Assembly (NCBI GenBank): GCA_964247055.1
Contig: OZ176054.1
Span: 310,001 to 374,000 of the forward strand
Source of the DNA: Paragordius varius
Taxonomy: Eukaryota; Animalia; Nematomorpha
Length of the DNA stretch: 64,000 bases
Direction: 5' to 3'
The notes under the pieces were generated by a model. That model was given only the letters and a program-made list of their open reading frames with translations, had not been told where the DNA came from and did no database searches. Position 1 is the first letter of the stretch; every line of letters begins with the position of its first letter. Below are positions 12,101-25,300 of the stretch, piece after piece. Made by a program: the position numbers and the translations under genes.

Positions 12101-15100
12101 TTTGGGTAGCCCTATGGTAGTTCCATCATCACCCCAAATATTTTGGGGATCGGACTATAAATGTAATTTTTATGAATTTTTTAAATATTTTAAAAATTTA
12201 TTTTATACGATTTTAAAAATAAAAATGGCTACCTAAAATCCAAATTTGATCAGGTGATGTCACTATAATTTTTTTGGGTAGCCCTATGGTAGTTCCATCA
12301 TCACCCCAAATATTTTGGGGATCGGACTATAAATGTAATTTTTATGAATTTTTTAAATATTTAAAAAATTTATTTTATACGATTTTAAAAATAAAAATGG
12401 CCACCTAAAATCCAAATTTGATCAGGTGATGTCACTATAATTTTTTTTGGGTAGCCCTATGGTAGTTCCATCATCACCCCAAATATTTTCGAGATCGGAG
12501 TATAAATGTAATTTTTATGAATTTTTTCAATATTTAAAAAATTTATTTTATACGATTTTAAAAATAAAAATGGCTACCTAAAATCCAAATTTGATCAGGT
12601 GATGTCACCATAATTTTTTTTGGGTAGCCCTATGGTAGTTCCATCATCACCCCAAATATTTTCGAGATCGGACTATAAATGTAATTTTTATGAATTTTTT
12701 AAATATTTAAAAAATTTATTTTATACGATTTTAAAAATAAAAATGGCTACCTAAAATCCAAATTTGATCAGGTGATGTCGCCATAATTTTTTTTGGGTAG
12801 CCCTATGGTAGTTCCATCATCACCCCAAATATTTTGGGGATCGGACTATAAATGTAATTTTTATGAATTTTTTAAATATTTAAAAAATTTATTTTATACG
12901 ATTTTAAAAATAAAAATGGCTACCTAAAATCCAAATTTGATAAGGTGATGTCACTATAATTTTTTTGGGTAGCCCTATGGTAGTTCCATCATCACCCCAA
13001 ATATTTTCGAGATCGGAGTATAAATGTAATTTTTTTGAATTTTTTAAATATTTAAAAAATTTATTTTATACGATTTTAAAAATAAAAATGGCTACCTAAA
13101 ATCCAAATTTGATCAGGTGATGTCGCCATAATTTTTTTTGGGTAGCCCTATGGTAGTTCCATCATCACCCCAAATATTTTGGGGATCGGACTATAAATGT
13201 AATTTTTATGAATTTTTTAAATATTTAAAAAATTTATTTTATACGATTTTAAAAATAAAAATGGCTACCTAAAATCCAAATTTGATCAGGTGATGTCACT
13301 ATAATTTTCTTTGGGTAGCCCTATGGTAGTTCCATCATCACCCCAAATATTTTCGAGATCGGAGTATAAATGTAATTTTTATGAATTTTTTCAATATTTA
13401 AAAAATTTATTTTATACGATTTTAAAAATAAAAATGGCTACCTAAAATCCAAATTTGATCAAGTGATGTCACCATAATTTTTTTTGGGTAGCCCTATGGT
13501 AGTTCCATCATCACCCCAAATATTTTCGAGATCGGAGTATAAATGTAATTTTTATGAATTTTTTAAATATTTAAAAAATTTATTTTATACGATTTTAAAA
13601 ATAAAAATGGCTACCTAAAATCCAAATTTGATCAGGTGATGTCACCATAATTTTTTTTGGGTAGCCCTATGGTAGTTCCATCATCACCCCAAATATTTTG
13701 GGGATCGGACTATAAATGTAATTTTTATGAATTTTTTAAATATTTAAAAAATTTATTTTATACGATTTTAAAAATAAAAATGGCTACCTAAAATCCAAAT
13801 TTGATCAGGTGATGTCGCCATAATTTTTTTTGGGTAGCCCTATGGTAGTTCCATCATCACCCCAAATATTTTGGGGATCGGACTATAAATGTAATTTTTA
13901 TGATTTTTTTACATATTTAAAAAATTTATTTTATACGATATTAAAAATAAAAATGGCTACCTAAAATCCAAATTTGATCAGGTGATGTCACTATAATATT
14001 TTTTGGGTAGCCCTATGGTAGTTCCATCATCACCCCAAATATTTTCGAGATCGGAGTATAAATGTTATTTTTATAAATTTTTTAAATATTTAAAAAATTT
14101 ATTTTATACGATTTTAAAAATAAAAATGGCTACCTAAAATCCAAATTTGATCAGGTGATGTCACCATAATTTTTTTTGGGTAGCCCTATGGTAATTCCAT
14201 CATCACCCCAAATATTGTCGAGATCGGACTATAAATGTAATTTTTATGAATTTTTTAAATATTTAAAAAATTTATTTTATACGATTTTAAAAATAAAAAT
14301 GGCTACCTAAAATCCAAATTTGATCAGGTGATGTCACCATAATTTTTTTTGGGTAGCCCTATGGTAGTTCCATCATCACCCCATATATTTTCGAGATCGG
14401 AGTATTGTAATTTTTATGAATTTTTTAAATATTTAAAAAATTTATTTTATAAGATTTTAAAAATAAAAATGGCTACCTAAAATCCAAATTTGATCAGGTG
14501 ATGTCGCCATAATTTTTTTGGGTAGCCCTATGGTAGTTCCATCTCACCCCAAATATTTTCGAGATCGGAGTATAAATGTAATTTTTATGAATTTTTTAAA
14601 TATTTAAAAAATTTATTTTATACGATTTTAAAAATAAAAATGGCTACCTAAAATCCAAATTTGATCAGGTGATGTCACCATAATTTTTTTTGGGTAGCCC
14701 TATGGTAGTTCCATCATCACTTCAAATATTTTCGAGATCGGAGTATAAATGTAATTTTTATGAATTTTTTAAATATTTAAAAAATTTATTTTATACGATT
14801 TTAAAAATAAAAATGGCTACCTAAAATCCAAATTTGATCAGGTGATGTCACCATAATTTTTTTTGGGTAGCCCTATGGTAGTTCCATCATCACCCCAAAT
14901 ATTTTAGGGATCGGACTATAAATGTAATTTTTATGAATTTTTTAAATATTTAAAAAATTTATTTTATACGATTTTAAAAATAAAAATGGCTACCTAAAAT
15001 CCAAATTTGATCAGGTGATGTCGCCATAATTTTTTTTGGGTAGCCCTATGGTAGTTCCATCATCACCCCAAATATTTTGGGGATCGGACTATAAATGTAA

Positions 15101-15340
15101 TTTTTATGAATTTTTTAAATATTTAAAAAATTTATTTTATACGATATTAAAAATAAAAATGGCTACCTAAAATCCAAATTTGATCAGGTGATGTCACCAT
15201 AATTTTTGTTGGGTAGCCCTATGGTAGTTCCATCATCACCCCAAACATTTTTGAGATCGGAGTATAAATATTTTTATGAATTTTTTAAATATTTAAAAAA
15301 TTTATTACGATTTTAAAAATAAAAATGGCTACCTAAAATC
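6200..15340. repeat. Dispersed ~10-monomer duplication: ~6200-7950 and ~13590-15340 (offset 7391 bp)
   Basis: Private variants all sit 7391 apart: TTTACAT 6521/13912, ATGTTATT 6671/14062, TAATTCC 6801/14192, CCATAT..GTATTGT 6991/14382, TCTCACC 7151/14542, CACTTC 7321/14712, TTTGTTGGG 7817/15208. Confidence 0.9.
8100..10930. repeat. 6-monomer higher-order repeat, period 1028 bp, ~2.7 copies
   Basis: TTTTTGTTGGG at 8501, 9529, 10557; TTTACAT at 8238/9266; GTTGTTCC..CATTACTTC at 8853/9881. Confidence 0.88.
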
Positions 15341-17560
15341 CAAATTTGATCAGGTGATGTCGCCATAATTTTTTTGGGTAGCCCTATGGTAGTTCCATCT
15401 CACCCCAAATATTTTCGAGATCGGAGTATAAATGTAATTTTTATGAATTTTTTAAATATTTAAAAAATTTATTTTATACGATTTTAAAAATAAAAATGGC
15501 TACCTAAAATCCAAATTTGATCAGGTGATGTCACCATAATTTTTTTGGGTAGCCCTATGGTAGTTCCATCATCACTTCAAATATTTTCGAGATCGGAGTA
15601 TAAATGTAATTTTTATGAATTTTTTAAATATTTAAAAAATTTATTTTATACGATTTTAAAAATAAAAATGGCTACCTAAAATCCAAATTTGATCAGGTGA
15701 TGTCACTATAATTTTTTTTGGGTAGCCCTATGGTAGTTCCATCATCACCCCAAATATTGTCGAGATCGGAGTATAAATGTAATTTTTTTGAATTTTTTAA
15801 ATATTTAAAAAATTTATTTTATACGATTTTAAAAATAAAAATGGCTACCTAAAATCCAAATTTGATCAGATGATGTCGCCATAATTTTTTTTGGGTAGCC
15901 CTATGGTAGTTCCATCATCACCCCAAATATTTTGGGGATCGGACTATAAATGTAATTTTTATGAATTTTTTAAATATTTAAAAAATTTATTTTATACGAT
16001 TTTAAAAATAAAAATGGCTACCTAAAATCCAAATTTGATCAGGTGATGTCGCCATAATTTTTTTTGGGTAGCCCTATGGTAGTTCCATCATCACCCCAAA
16101 TATTTTGGGGATCGGACTATAAAGTAATTTTTATGAATTTTTTAAATATTTAAAAAATTTATTTTATACGATATTAAAAATAAAAATGGCTACCTAAAAT
16201 CCAAATTTGATCAGGTGATGTCACCATAATTTTTGTTGGGTAGCCCTATGGTAGTTCCATCATCACCCCAAATACTTTCGAGATCGGAGTATAAATGTAA
16301 TTTTTATGAATTTTTTAAATATTTAAAAAATTTATTTTATACGATTTTAAAAATAAAAATGGCTACCTAAAATCCAAATTTGATCAGGTGATGTCGCCAT
16401 AATTTTTTTGGGTAGCCCTATGGTAGTTCCATCTCACCCCAAATATTTTCGAGATCGGAGTATAAATGTAATTTTTATGAATTTTTTAAATATTTAAAAA
16501 ATTTATTTTATACGATTTTAAAAATAAAAATGGCTACCTAAAATCCAAATTTGATCAGGTGATGTCACCATAATTTTTTTTGGGTAGCCCTATGGTAGTT
16601 CCTTCATCACTTCAAATATTTTCGAGATCGGAGTATAAATGTAATTTTTATGAATTTTTTAAATATTTAAAAAATTTATTTTATACGATTTTAAAAATAA
16701 AAATGGCTACCTAAAATCCAAATTTGATCAGGTGATGTCACCATAATTTTTTTTGGGTAGCCTTATGGTAGTTCCATCATCACCCCAAATATTTTGGGGA
16801 TCGGACTATAAATGTAATTTTTATGAATTTTTTAAATATTTAAAAATTTATTTTATACGATTTTAAAAATAAAAATGGCTACCTAAAATCCAAATTTGAT
16901 CAGGTGATGTCACCATAATTTTTTTTGGGTACCCCTATGGTAGTTCCATCATCACCCCAAATATTTTTGAGATCGGAGTATAAATGTAATTTTTATGAAT
17001 TTTTTAAATATTTAAAAAATTTATTTTATACGATTTTAAAATAAAAATGGCTACCTAAAATCCAAATTTGATCAGGTGATGTCGCCATAATTTTTTTTGG
17101 GTAGCCCTATGGTAGTTCCATCATCACCCCAAATATTTTTGAGATCGGAGTATAAATGTAATTTTTATGAATTTTTTAAATATTTAAAAAATTTATTTTA
17201 TACGATTTTAAAAATAAAAATGGCTACCTAAAATCCAAATTTGATCAGGTGATGTCACCATAATTTTTTTTGGGTAGCCCCATGGTAGTTCCATCATCAC
17301 CCCAAATATTTTCGAGATCGGAGTATAAATGTAATTTTTATGAATTTTTTAAATATTTAAAAAATTTATTTTATACGATTTTAAAAATAAAAATGGCTAC
17401 CTAAAATCCAAATTTGATCAGGTGATGTCGCCATAATTTTTTTTGGGTAGCCCTATGGTAGTTCCATCATCACCCCAAATATTTTTGGGATCGGACTATA
17501 AATGTAATTTTTATGAATTTTTTAAATATTTAAAAAATTTATTTTATACGATTTTAAAAA
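10650..17560. repeat. Dispersed ~7-monomer duplication: ~10650-11870 and ~16340-17560 (offset 5685-5686 bp)
   Basis: CCTTCATCACTTC 10916/16601, CCTTAT 11075/16761, GGGTACCCC 11241/16927, GCCCCAT 11591/17277. Confidence 0.87.
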
Positions 17561-19100
17561 TAAAAATGGCTACCTAAAATCCAAATTTGATCAGGTGATG
17601 TCACCATAATTTTTTTTGGGTAGCCCTATGGTAATTCCATCATCACCCCAAATATTGTCGAGATCGGAGTATAAATGTAATTTTTTTGAATTTTTTAAAT
17701 ATTTAAAAAATTTATTTTATACGATTTAAAAAATAAAAATGGCTACCTAAAATCCAAATTTGATCAGGTGATGTCGCCATAATTTTTTTTGGGTAGCCCT
17801 ATGGTAGTTCCATCATCACCCCAAATACTTTGGGGATCGGACTATAAATGTAATTTTTATGAATTTTTTAAATACTTAAAAAATTTATTTTATACGATTT
17901 TAAAAATAAAAATGGCTACCTAAAATCCAAATTTGATCAGGTGATGTCACCATAATTTTTTTTGGGTAGCCTTATGGTAGTTCCATCATCACCCCAAATA
18001 TTTTGGGGATCGGACTATAAATGTAATTTTTATGAATTTTTTAAATATTTAAAAATTTATTTTATACGATTTTAAAAATAAAAATGGCTACCTAAAATCC
18101 AAATTTGATCAGGTGATGTCACCATAATTTTTTTTGGGTACCCCTATGGTAGTTCCATCATCACCCCAAATATTTTTGAGATCGGAGTATAAATGTAATT
18201 TTTATGAATTTTTTAAATATTTAAAAAATTTATTTTATACGATTTTAAAATAAAAATGGCTACCTAAAATCCAAATTTGATCAGGTGATGTCGCCATAAT
18301 TTTTTTTGGGTAGCCCTATGGTAGTTCCATCATCACCCCAAATATTTTTGAGATCGGAGTATAAATGTAATTTTTATGAATTTTTTAAATATTTAAAAAA
18401 TTTATTTTATACGATTTTAAAAATAAAAATGGCTACCTAAAATCCAAATTTGATCAGGTGATGTCGCCATAATTTTTTTTGGGTAGCCCTATGGTAGTTC
18501 CATCATCACCCCAAATATTTTCGAGATCGGACTATAAATGTAATTTTTATGAATTTTTTAAATATTTAAAAAATTTATTTTATACGATTTTAAAAATAAA
18601 AATGGCTACCTAAAATTCAAATTTGATCAGGTGATGTCACTATAATTTTTTTGGGTAGCCCTATGGTAGTTCCATCATCACCCCAAATATTTTGGGGATC
18701 GGACTATAAATGTAATTTTTATGAATTTTTTAAATATTTAAAAAATTTATTTTATACGATTTTAAAAATAAAAATGGCTACCTAAAATCCAAATTTGATC
18801 AGGTGATGTCACCATAATTTTTTTTGGGTAGCCCTATGGTAATTCCATCATCACCCCAAATATTGTCGAGATCGGAGTATAAATGTAATTTTTTTGAATT
18901 TTTTAAATATTTAAAAAATTTATTTTATACGATTTAAAAAATAAAAATGGCTACCTAAAATCCAAATTTGATCAGGTGATGTCGCCATAATTTTTTTTGG
19001 GTAGCCCTATGGTAGTTCCATCATCACCCCAAATACTTTGGGGATCGGACTATAAATGTAATTTTTATGAATTTTTTAAATACTTAAAAAATTTATTTTA
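16700..19100. repeat. Imperfect 7-monomer tandem duplication, period ~1209 bp
   Basis: CCTTAT 16761/17970, GGGTACCCC 16927/18136, GTAATTCC..ATTGTCG 17631/18839, and AATACTTAAA in both. Two internal monomers differ between the copies. Confidence 0.78.
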
Positions 19101-22100
19101 TACGATTTTAAAAATAAAAATGGCTACCTAAAATCCAAATTTGATCAGGTGATGTCACCATAATTTTTTTTGGGTAGCCCTATGGTAGTTCCATCGTCAC
19201 CCCAAATATTTTCGAGATCGGAGTATAAATGTAATTTTTATGAATTTTTTAAATATTTAAAAAATTTATTTTATACGATTTTAAAAATAAAAATGACTAC
19301 CTAAAATCCAAATTTGATCAGGTGATGTCGCCATAATTTTTTTGGGTAGCCCTATGGTAGTTCCATCATCACCCCAAATATTTTCGAGATCGGAGTATAA
19401 ATGTAATTTTTATGAATTTTTTAAATATTTAAAAAATTTATTTTATACGATTTTAAAAATAAAAATGGCTACCTAAAATCCAAATTTGATCAGGTGATGT
19501 CGCCATAATTTTTTTTGGGTAGCCCTATGGTAGTTCCATCATCACCCCGAATACTTTGGGGATCAGAGTATAAATGTAATTTTTATGAATTTTTTAAATA
19601 TTTAAAAAATTTATTTTATACGATTTTAAAAATAAAAATGGCTACCTAAAATCCAAATTTGATCAGGTGATGTCGCCATAATTTTTTTTGGGTAGCCCTA
19701 TGGTAGTTCCATCATCACCCCAAATATTTTCGAGATCGGAGTATAAATGTAATTTTTATGAATTTTTTAAATATTTAAAAAATTTATTTTATATGATTTT
19801 AAAAATAAAAATTGCTACCTAAAATCCAAATGATGTCACTATAATTTTTTTTGGGTAGCCCTATGGTAGTTTCATCATAACCCCAAATATTTTGGGGATC
19901 GGACTATAAATGTAATTTTTATGAATTTTTTAAATATTTAAAAAATTTATTTTATACGATTTTAAAAATAAAAATGGCTACCTAAAATCCAAATTTGATC
20001 AGGTGATGTCACCATAATTTTTTTTGGGTAGCCCTATGGTAGTTCCATCATCACCCCAAATATTTTCGAGATCGGAGTATAAATGTAATTTTTATGAATT
20101 TTTTAAATATTTAAAAAATTTATTTTATATGATTTTAAAAATAAAAATTGCTACCTAAAATCCAAATTTGATCAGGTGATGTCACTATAATTTTTTTTGG
20201 GTAGCCCTATGGTAGTTTCATCATAACCCCAAATATTTTTGGGATCGGACTTTAAATGTAATTTTTATGAGTTTTTTAAATATTTAAAAAATTTATTTTA
20301 TACGATTTTAAAAATAAAAATGGCTACCTAAAATCCATATTTGATCAGGTGATGTCACCATAATTTTTTTTGGGTAGCCCTATGGTAATTCCATCATCAC
20401 CCCAAATATTGTCGAGATCGGACTATAAATGTAATTTTTATGAATTTTTTAAATATCTAAAAAATTTATTTTATACGATTTTAAAAATAAAAATGGCTAC
20501 CTAAAATCCAAATTTGATCAGGTGATGTCACTATAATTTTTTTTGGGTAGCCCTATGGTAGTTCCATCATCACCCCAAATATTTTCGAGATCGGAGTATA
20601 AATGTAATTTTTATGAATTTTTTAAATATTTAAAAAATTTATTTTATACGATTTTAAAAATAAAAATGGCTACCTAAAATCCAAATTTGATCAGGTGATG
20701 TCGCCATAATTTTTTTGGGTAGCCCTATGGTAGTTCCATCATCACCCCAAATATTTTCGAGATCGGAGTATAAATGTAATTTTTATGAATTTTTTAAATA
20801 TTTAAAAAATTTATTTTATACGATTTTAAAAATAAAAATGGCTACCTAAAATCCAAATTTGATCAGGTGATGTCGCCATAATTTTTTTTGGGTAGCCCTA
20901 TGGTAGTTCCATCATCACCCCGAATACTTTGGGGATCGGACTATAAATGTATTTATGAATTTTTTAAATATTTAAAAAATTTATTTTATACGATTTTAAA
21001 AATAAAAATGGCTACCTAAAATCCAAATTTGATCAGGTGATGTCACCATAATTTTTTTTGGGTAGCCCTATGGTAGTTCCATCATCACCCCAAATATTTT
21101 CGAGATCGGAGTTTAAATGTAATTTTTATGAATTTTTTAAATATTTAAAAAATTTATTTTATACGATTTTAAAAATAAAAATGGCTACCTAAAATCCAAA
21201 TTTGATCAGGTGATGTCACCATAATTTTTTTTGGGTAGCCCTATAGTAATTCCATCATCACCCCAAATATTTTGGGGATCGAACTATAAATGTAATTTTT
21301 ATTAATTTTTTAAATATTTAAAAAATTTATTTTATACGATTTTAAAAATAAAAATGGCTACCTAAAATCCAAATTTGATCAGGTGATGTCGCCATAATTT
21401 TTTTTGGGTAGCCCTATGGTAGTTCCATCATCACCCCAAATATTTTGGGGATCGGACTATAAATGTAATTTTTATGAATTTTTTAAATATTTAAAAAATT
21501 TATTTTATACGATTTAAAAAATAAAAATGGCTACCTAAAATCCAAATTTGATCAGGTGATGTCACTATAATTTTTTTTGGGTAGCCCTATGGTAGTTCCA
21601 TCATCACCCCAAATATTTTCGAGATCGGAATATAAATGTAATTTTTATGAATTTTTTAAATATTTAAAAAATTTATTTTATACGATTTTAAAAATAAAAA
21701 TGGCTACCTAAAATCCAAATTTGATAAGGTGATGTCGCCATAATTTTTTTGGGTAGCCCTATGGTAGTTCCATCTCACCCCAAATATTTTCGAGATCGGA
21801 GTATAAATGTAATTTTTAAGAATTTTTTAAATATTTAAAAAATTTATTTTATACGATTTTAAAAATAAAAATGGCTACATAAAATCCAAATTTGATCAGG
21901 TGATGTCACCATAATTTTTTTTGGGTAGCCCTATGGTAGTTCCATCATCACCCCAAATATTTTGGGGATCGGACTATAAATGTAATTTTTATGAATTTTT
22001 TAAATATTTAAAAAATTTATTTTATACGATTTTAAAAATAAAAATGGCTACCTAAAATCCAAATTTGATCAGGTGATGTCACTATAATTTTTTTTGGGTA

Positions 22101-22349
22101 GCCCTATGGTAGTTCCATCATAACCCCAAATATTTTTGGGATCGGACTTTAAATGTAATTTTTATGAATTTTTTAAATATTTAAAAAATTTATTTTATAC
22201 GATTTTAAAAATAAAAATGGCTACCTAAAATTTAAATTTGATCAGGTGATGTCACCATAATTTTTTTTGGGTAGCCCTATGGTAGTTCCATCATCACCCC
22301 AAATATTTTGGGGATCGGACTATAAATGTAATTTTTATGAATTTTTTAA

Positions 22350-25300
22350 ATATTTAAAAAATTTATTTTATACGATTTTAAAAATAAAAATGGCTACCTA
22401 AAATCCAAATTTGATCAGGTGATGTCGCCATAATTTTTTTGGGTAGCCCTATGGTAGTTCCATCATCACCCCAAATATTTTGGGGATCGGACTATAAATG
22501 TAATTTTTATGAATTTTTTAAATATTTAAAAAATTTATTTTATACGATTTTAAAAATAAAAATGGCTACCTAAAATCCAAATTTGATCAGGTGATGTCAC
22601 TATAATTTTTTTTGGGTAGCCCTATGGTAGTTCCATCATCACCCCAAATATTTTCGAGATCGGAATATAAATGTAATTTTTATGAATTTTTTAAATATTT
22701 AAAAAATTTATTTTATACGATTTTAAAAATAAAAATGGCTACCTAAAATCCAAATTTGATAAGGTGATGTCACTATAATTTTTTTTGGGTAGCCCTATGG
22801 TAGTTCCATCATAACCCCAAATATTTTTGGGATCGGACTTTAAATGTAATTTTTATGAATTTTTTAAATATTTAAAAAATTTATTTTATACGATTTTAAA
22901 AATAAAAATGGCTACCTAAAATCCAAATTTGATCAGGTGATGTCACCATATTTGTTTTGGGTAGCCCTATGGTAGTTCCATCATCACCCCAAATATTTTC
23001 GAGATCGGAGTATAAATGTAATTTTTATGAATTTTTTAAATATTTAAAAAATTTATTTTATACGATTTTAAAAATAAAAATGGCTACCTAAAATCCAAAT
23101 TTGATCAGGTGATGTCACTATAATTTTTTTTGGGTAGCCCTATGGTAGTTCCATCATCACCCCAAATATTTTCGAGATCGGAATATAAATGTAATTTTTA
23201 TGAATTTTTTAAATATTTAAAAAATTTATTTTATACGATTTTAAAAATAAAAATGGCTACCTAAAATCCAAATTTGATAAGGTGATGTCACTATAATTTT
23301 TTTTGGGTAGCCCTATGGTAGTTCCAACATCACCCCAAATATTTTCGAGATCGGAGTATAAATGTAATTTTTATGAATTTTTTAAATATTTAAAAAATTT
23401 ATTTTATACGATTTTAAAAATAAAAATGGCTACCTAAAATCCAAATTTGATCAGGTGATGTCACCATATTTGTTTTGGGTAGCCCTATGGTAGTTCCATC
23501 ATCACCCCAAATATTTTCGAGATCGGAGTATAAATGTAATTTTTATGAATTTTTTAAATATTTAAAAAATTTATTTTATACGATTTTAAAAATAAAAATG
23601 GCTACCTAAAATCCAAATTTGATCAGGTGATGTCACCATAATTTTTTTTGGGTAGCCCTATGGTAGTTCCATCATCACCCCAAATATTTTCGAGATCGGA
23701 ATATAAATGTATTTTTTATGAATTTTTTAAATATTTAAAAAATTTATTCTATACGATTTTAAAAATAAAAATGGCTACCTAAAATCCAAATTTGATCAGG
23801 TGATGTCGCCATAATTTTTTTTGCGTAGCCCTATGGTAGTTCCATCATCACCCCAAATATTTTGGGGATCGGACTATAAATGTAATTTTTATGAATTTTT
23901 TAAATATTTAAAAAATTTATTTTATACGATTTTAAAAATAAAAATGGCTACCTAAAATCCAAATTTGATCAGGTGATGTCACCATAATTTTTTTTGGGTA
24001 GCCCTCTGGTAGTTCCATCATCACCCCAAATATTTTCGAGATCGGAGTATAAATGTAATTTTTATGAATTTTTTAAATATTTAAAAAATTTATTTTATAT
24101 GATTTTAAAAATAAAAATGGCTACCTAAAATCCAAATTTGATCAGGTGATGTCACCATAATTTTTTTTGGGTAGCCCTATGGTAGTTCCATCATCACCCC
24201 AAATATTTTCGAGATCGGAGTATAAATGTAATTTTTATGAATTTTTAAAATATTTAAAAAATTTATTTTATACGATTTTAAAAAAAAATGGCTATCTAAA
24301 ATCCAAATTTGATCAGGTGATGTCACTATAATTTTTTTGGGTAGCCCTATAGTAGTTCCATCATCACCCCAAATATTTTGGGTATCGGACTATAAATGTA
24401 ATTTTTATGAATTTTTTAAATATTTAAAAAATTTATTTTATACGATTTTAAAAATAAAAATGGCTACCTAAAATCCAAATTTGATCAGGTGATGCCATAA
24501 TTTTTTTTGGGGACCCTATGGTAGTTCCATCATCACCCCAAATATTTTCGAGATCGGAGTATAAATGTAATTTTTATGAATTTTTTAAATATTTAAAAAA
24601 TTTATTTTATACGATTTTAAAAATAAAAATGGCTACCTAAAATCCAAATTTGATCAGGTGATGTCACCATAATTTTTTTTGGGTAGCCCTATGGTAGTTC
24701 CATCATCACCCCAAATATTTTGGGGATCGGACTATAAATGTAATTTTTATGAATTTTTTAAATATTTAAAAAATTTATTTTATACGATTTTAAAAATAAA
24801 AATGGCTACCTAAAATCCAAATTTGATCAGGTGATGTCACCATAATTTTTTTGGGTAGCCCTATGGTAGTTCCATCATCACCCCAAATATTTTCGAGATC
24901 GGAGTATAAATGTAATTTTTATGAATTTTTTAAATATTTAAAAAATTTATTTTATACGATTTTAAAAATAAAAATGGCTACCTAAAATCCAAATTTGATC
25001 AGGTGATGTCACCATAATTTTTTTTGGGTAGCCCTATGGTAGTTCCATCATCACCCCAAATATTTTCGAGATCGGAGTATAAATGTAATTTTTATGAATT
25101 TTTTAAATATTTAAAAAAATTATTTTATACGATTTTAAAAATAAAAATGGCTACCTAAAATCCAAATTTGATCAGGTGATGTCGCCATAATTTTTTTGGG
25201 TAGCCCTATGGTAGTTCCATCATCACCCCAAATATTTTGGGGATCGGACTATAAATGTAATTTTTATGAATTTTTTAAATATTTAAAAAATTTATTTTAT

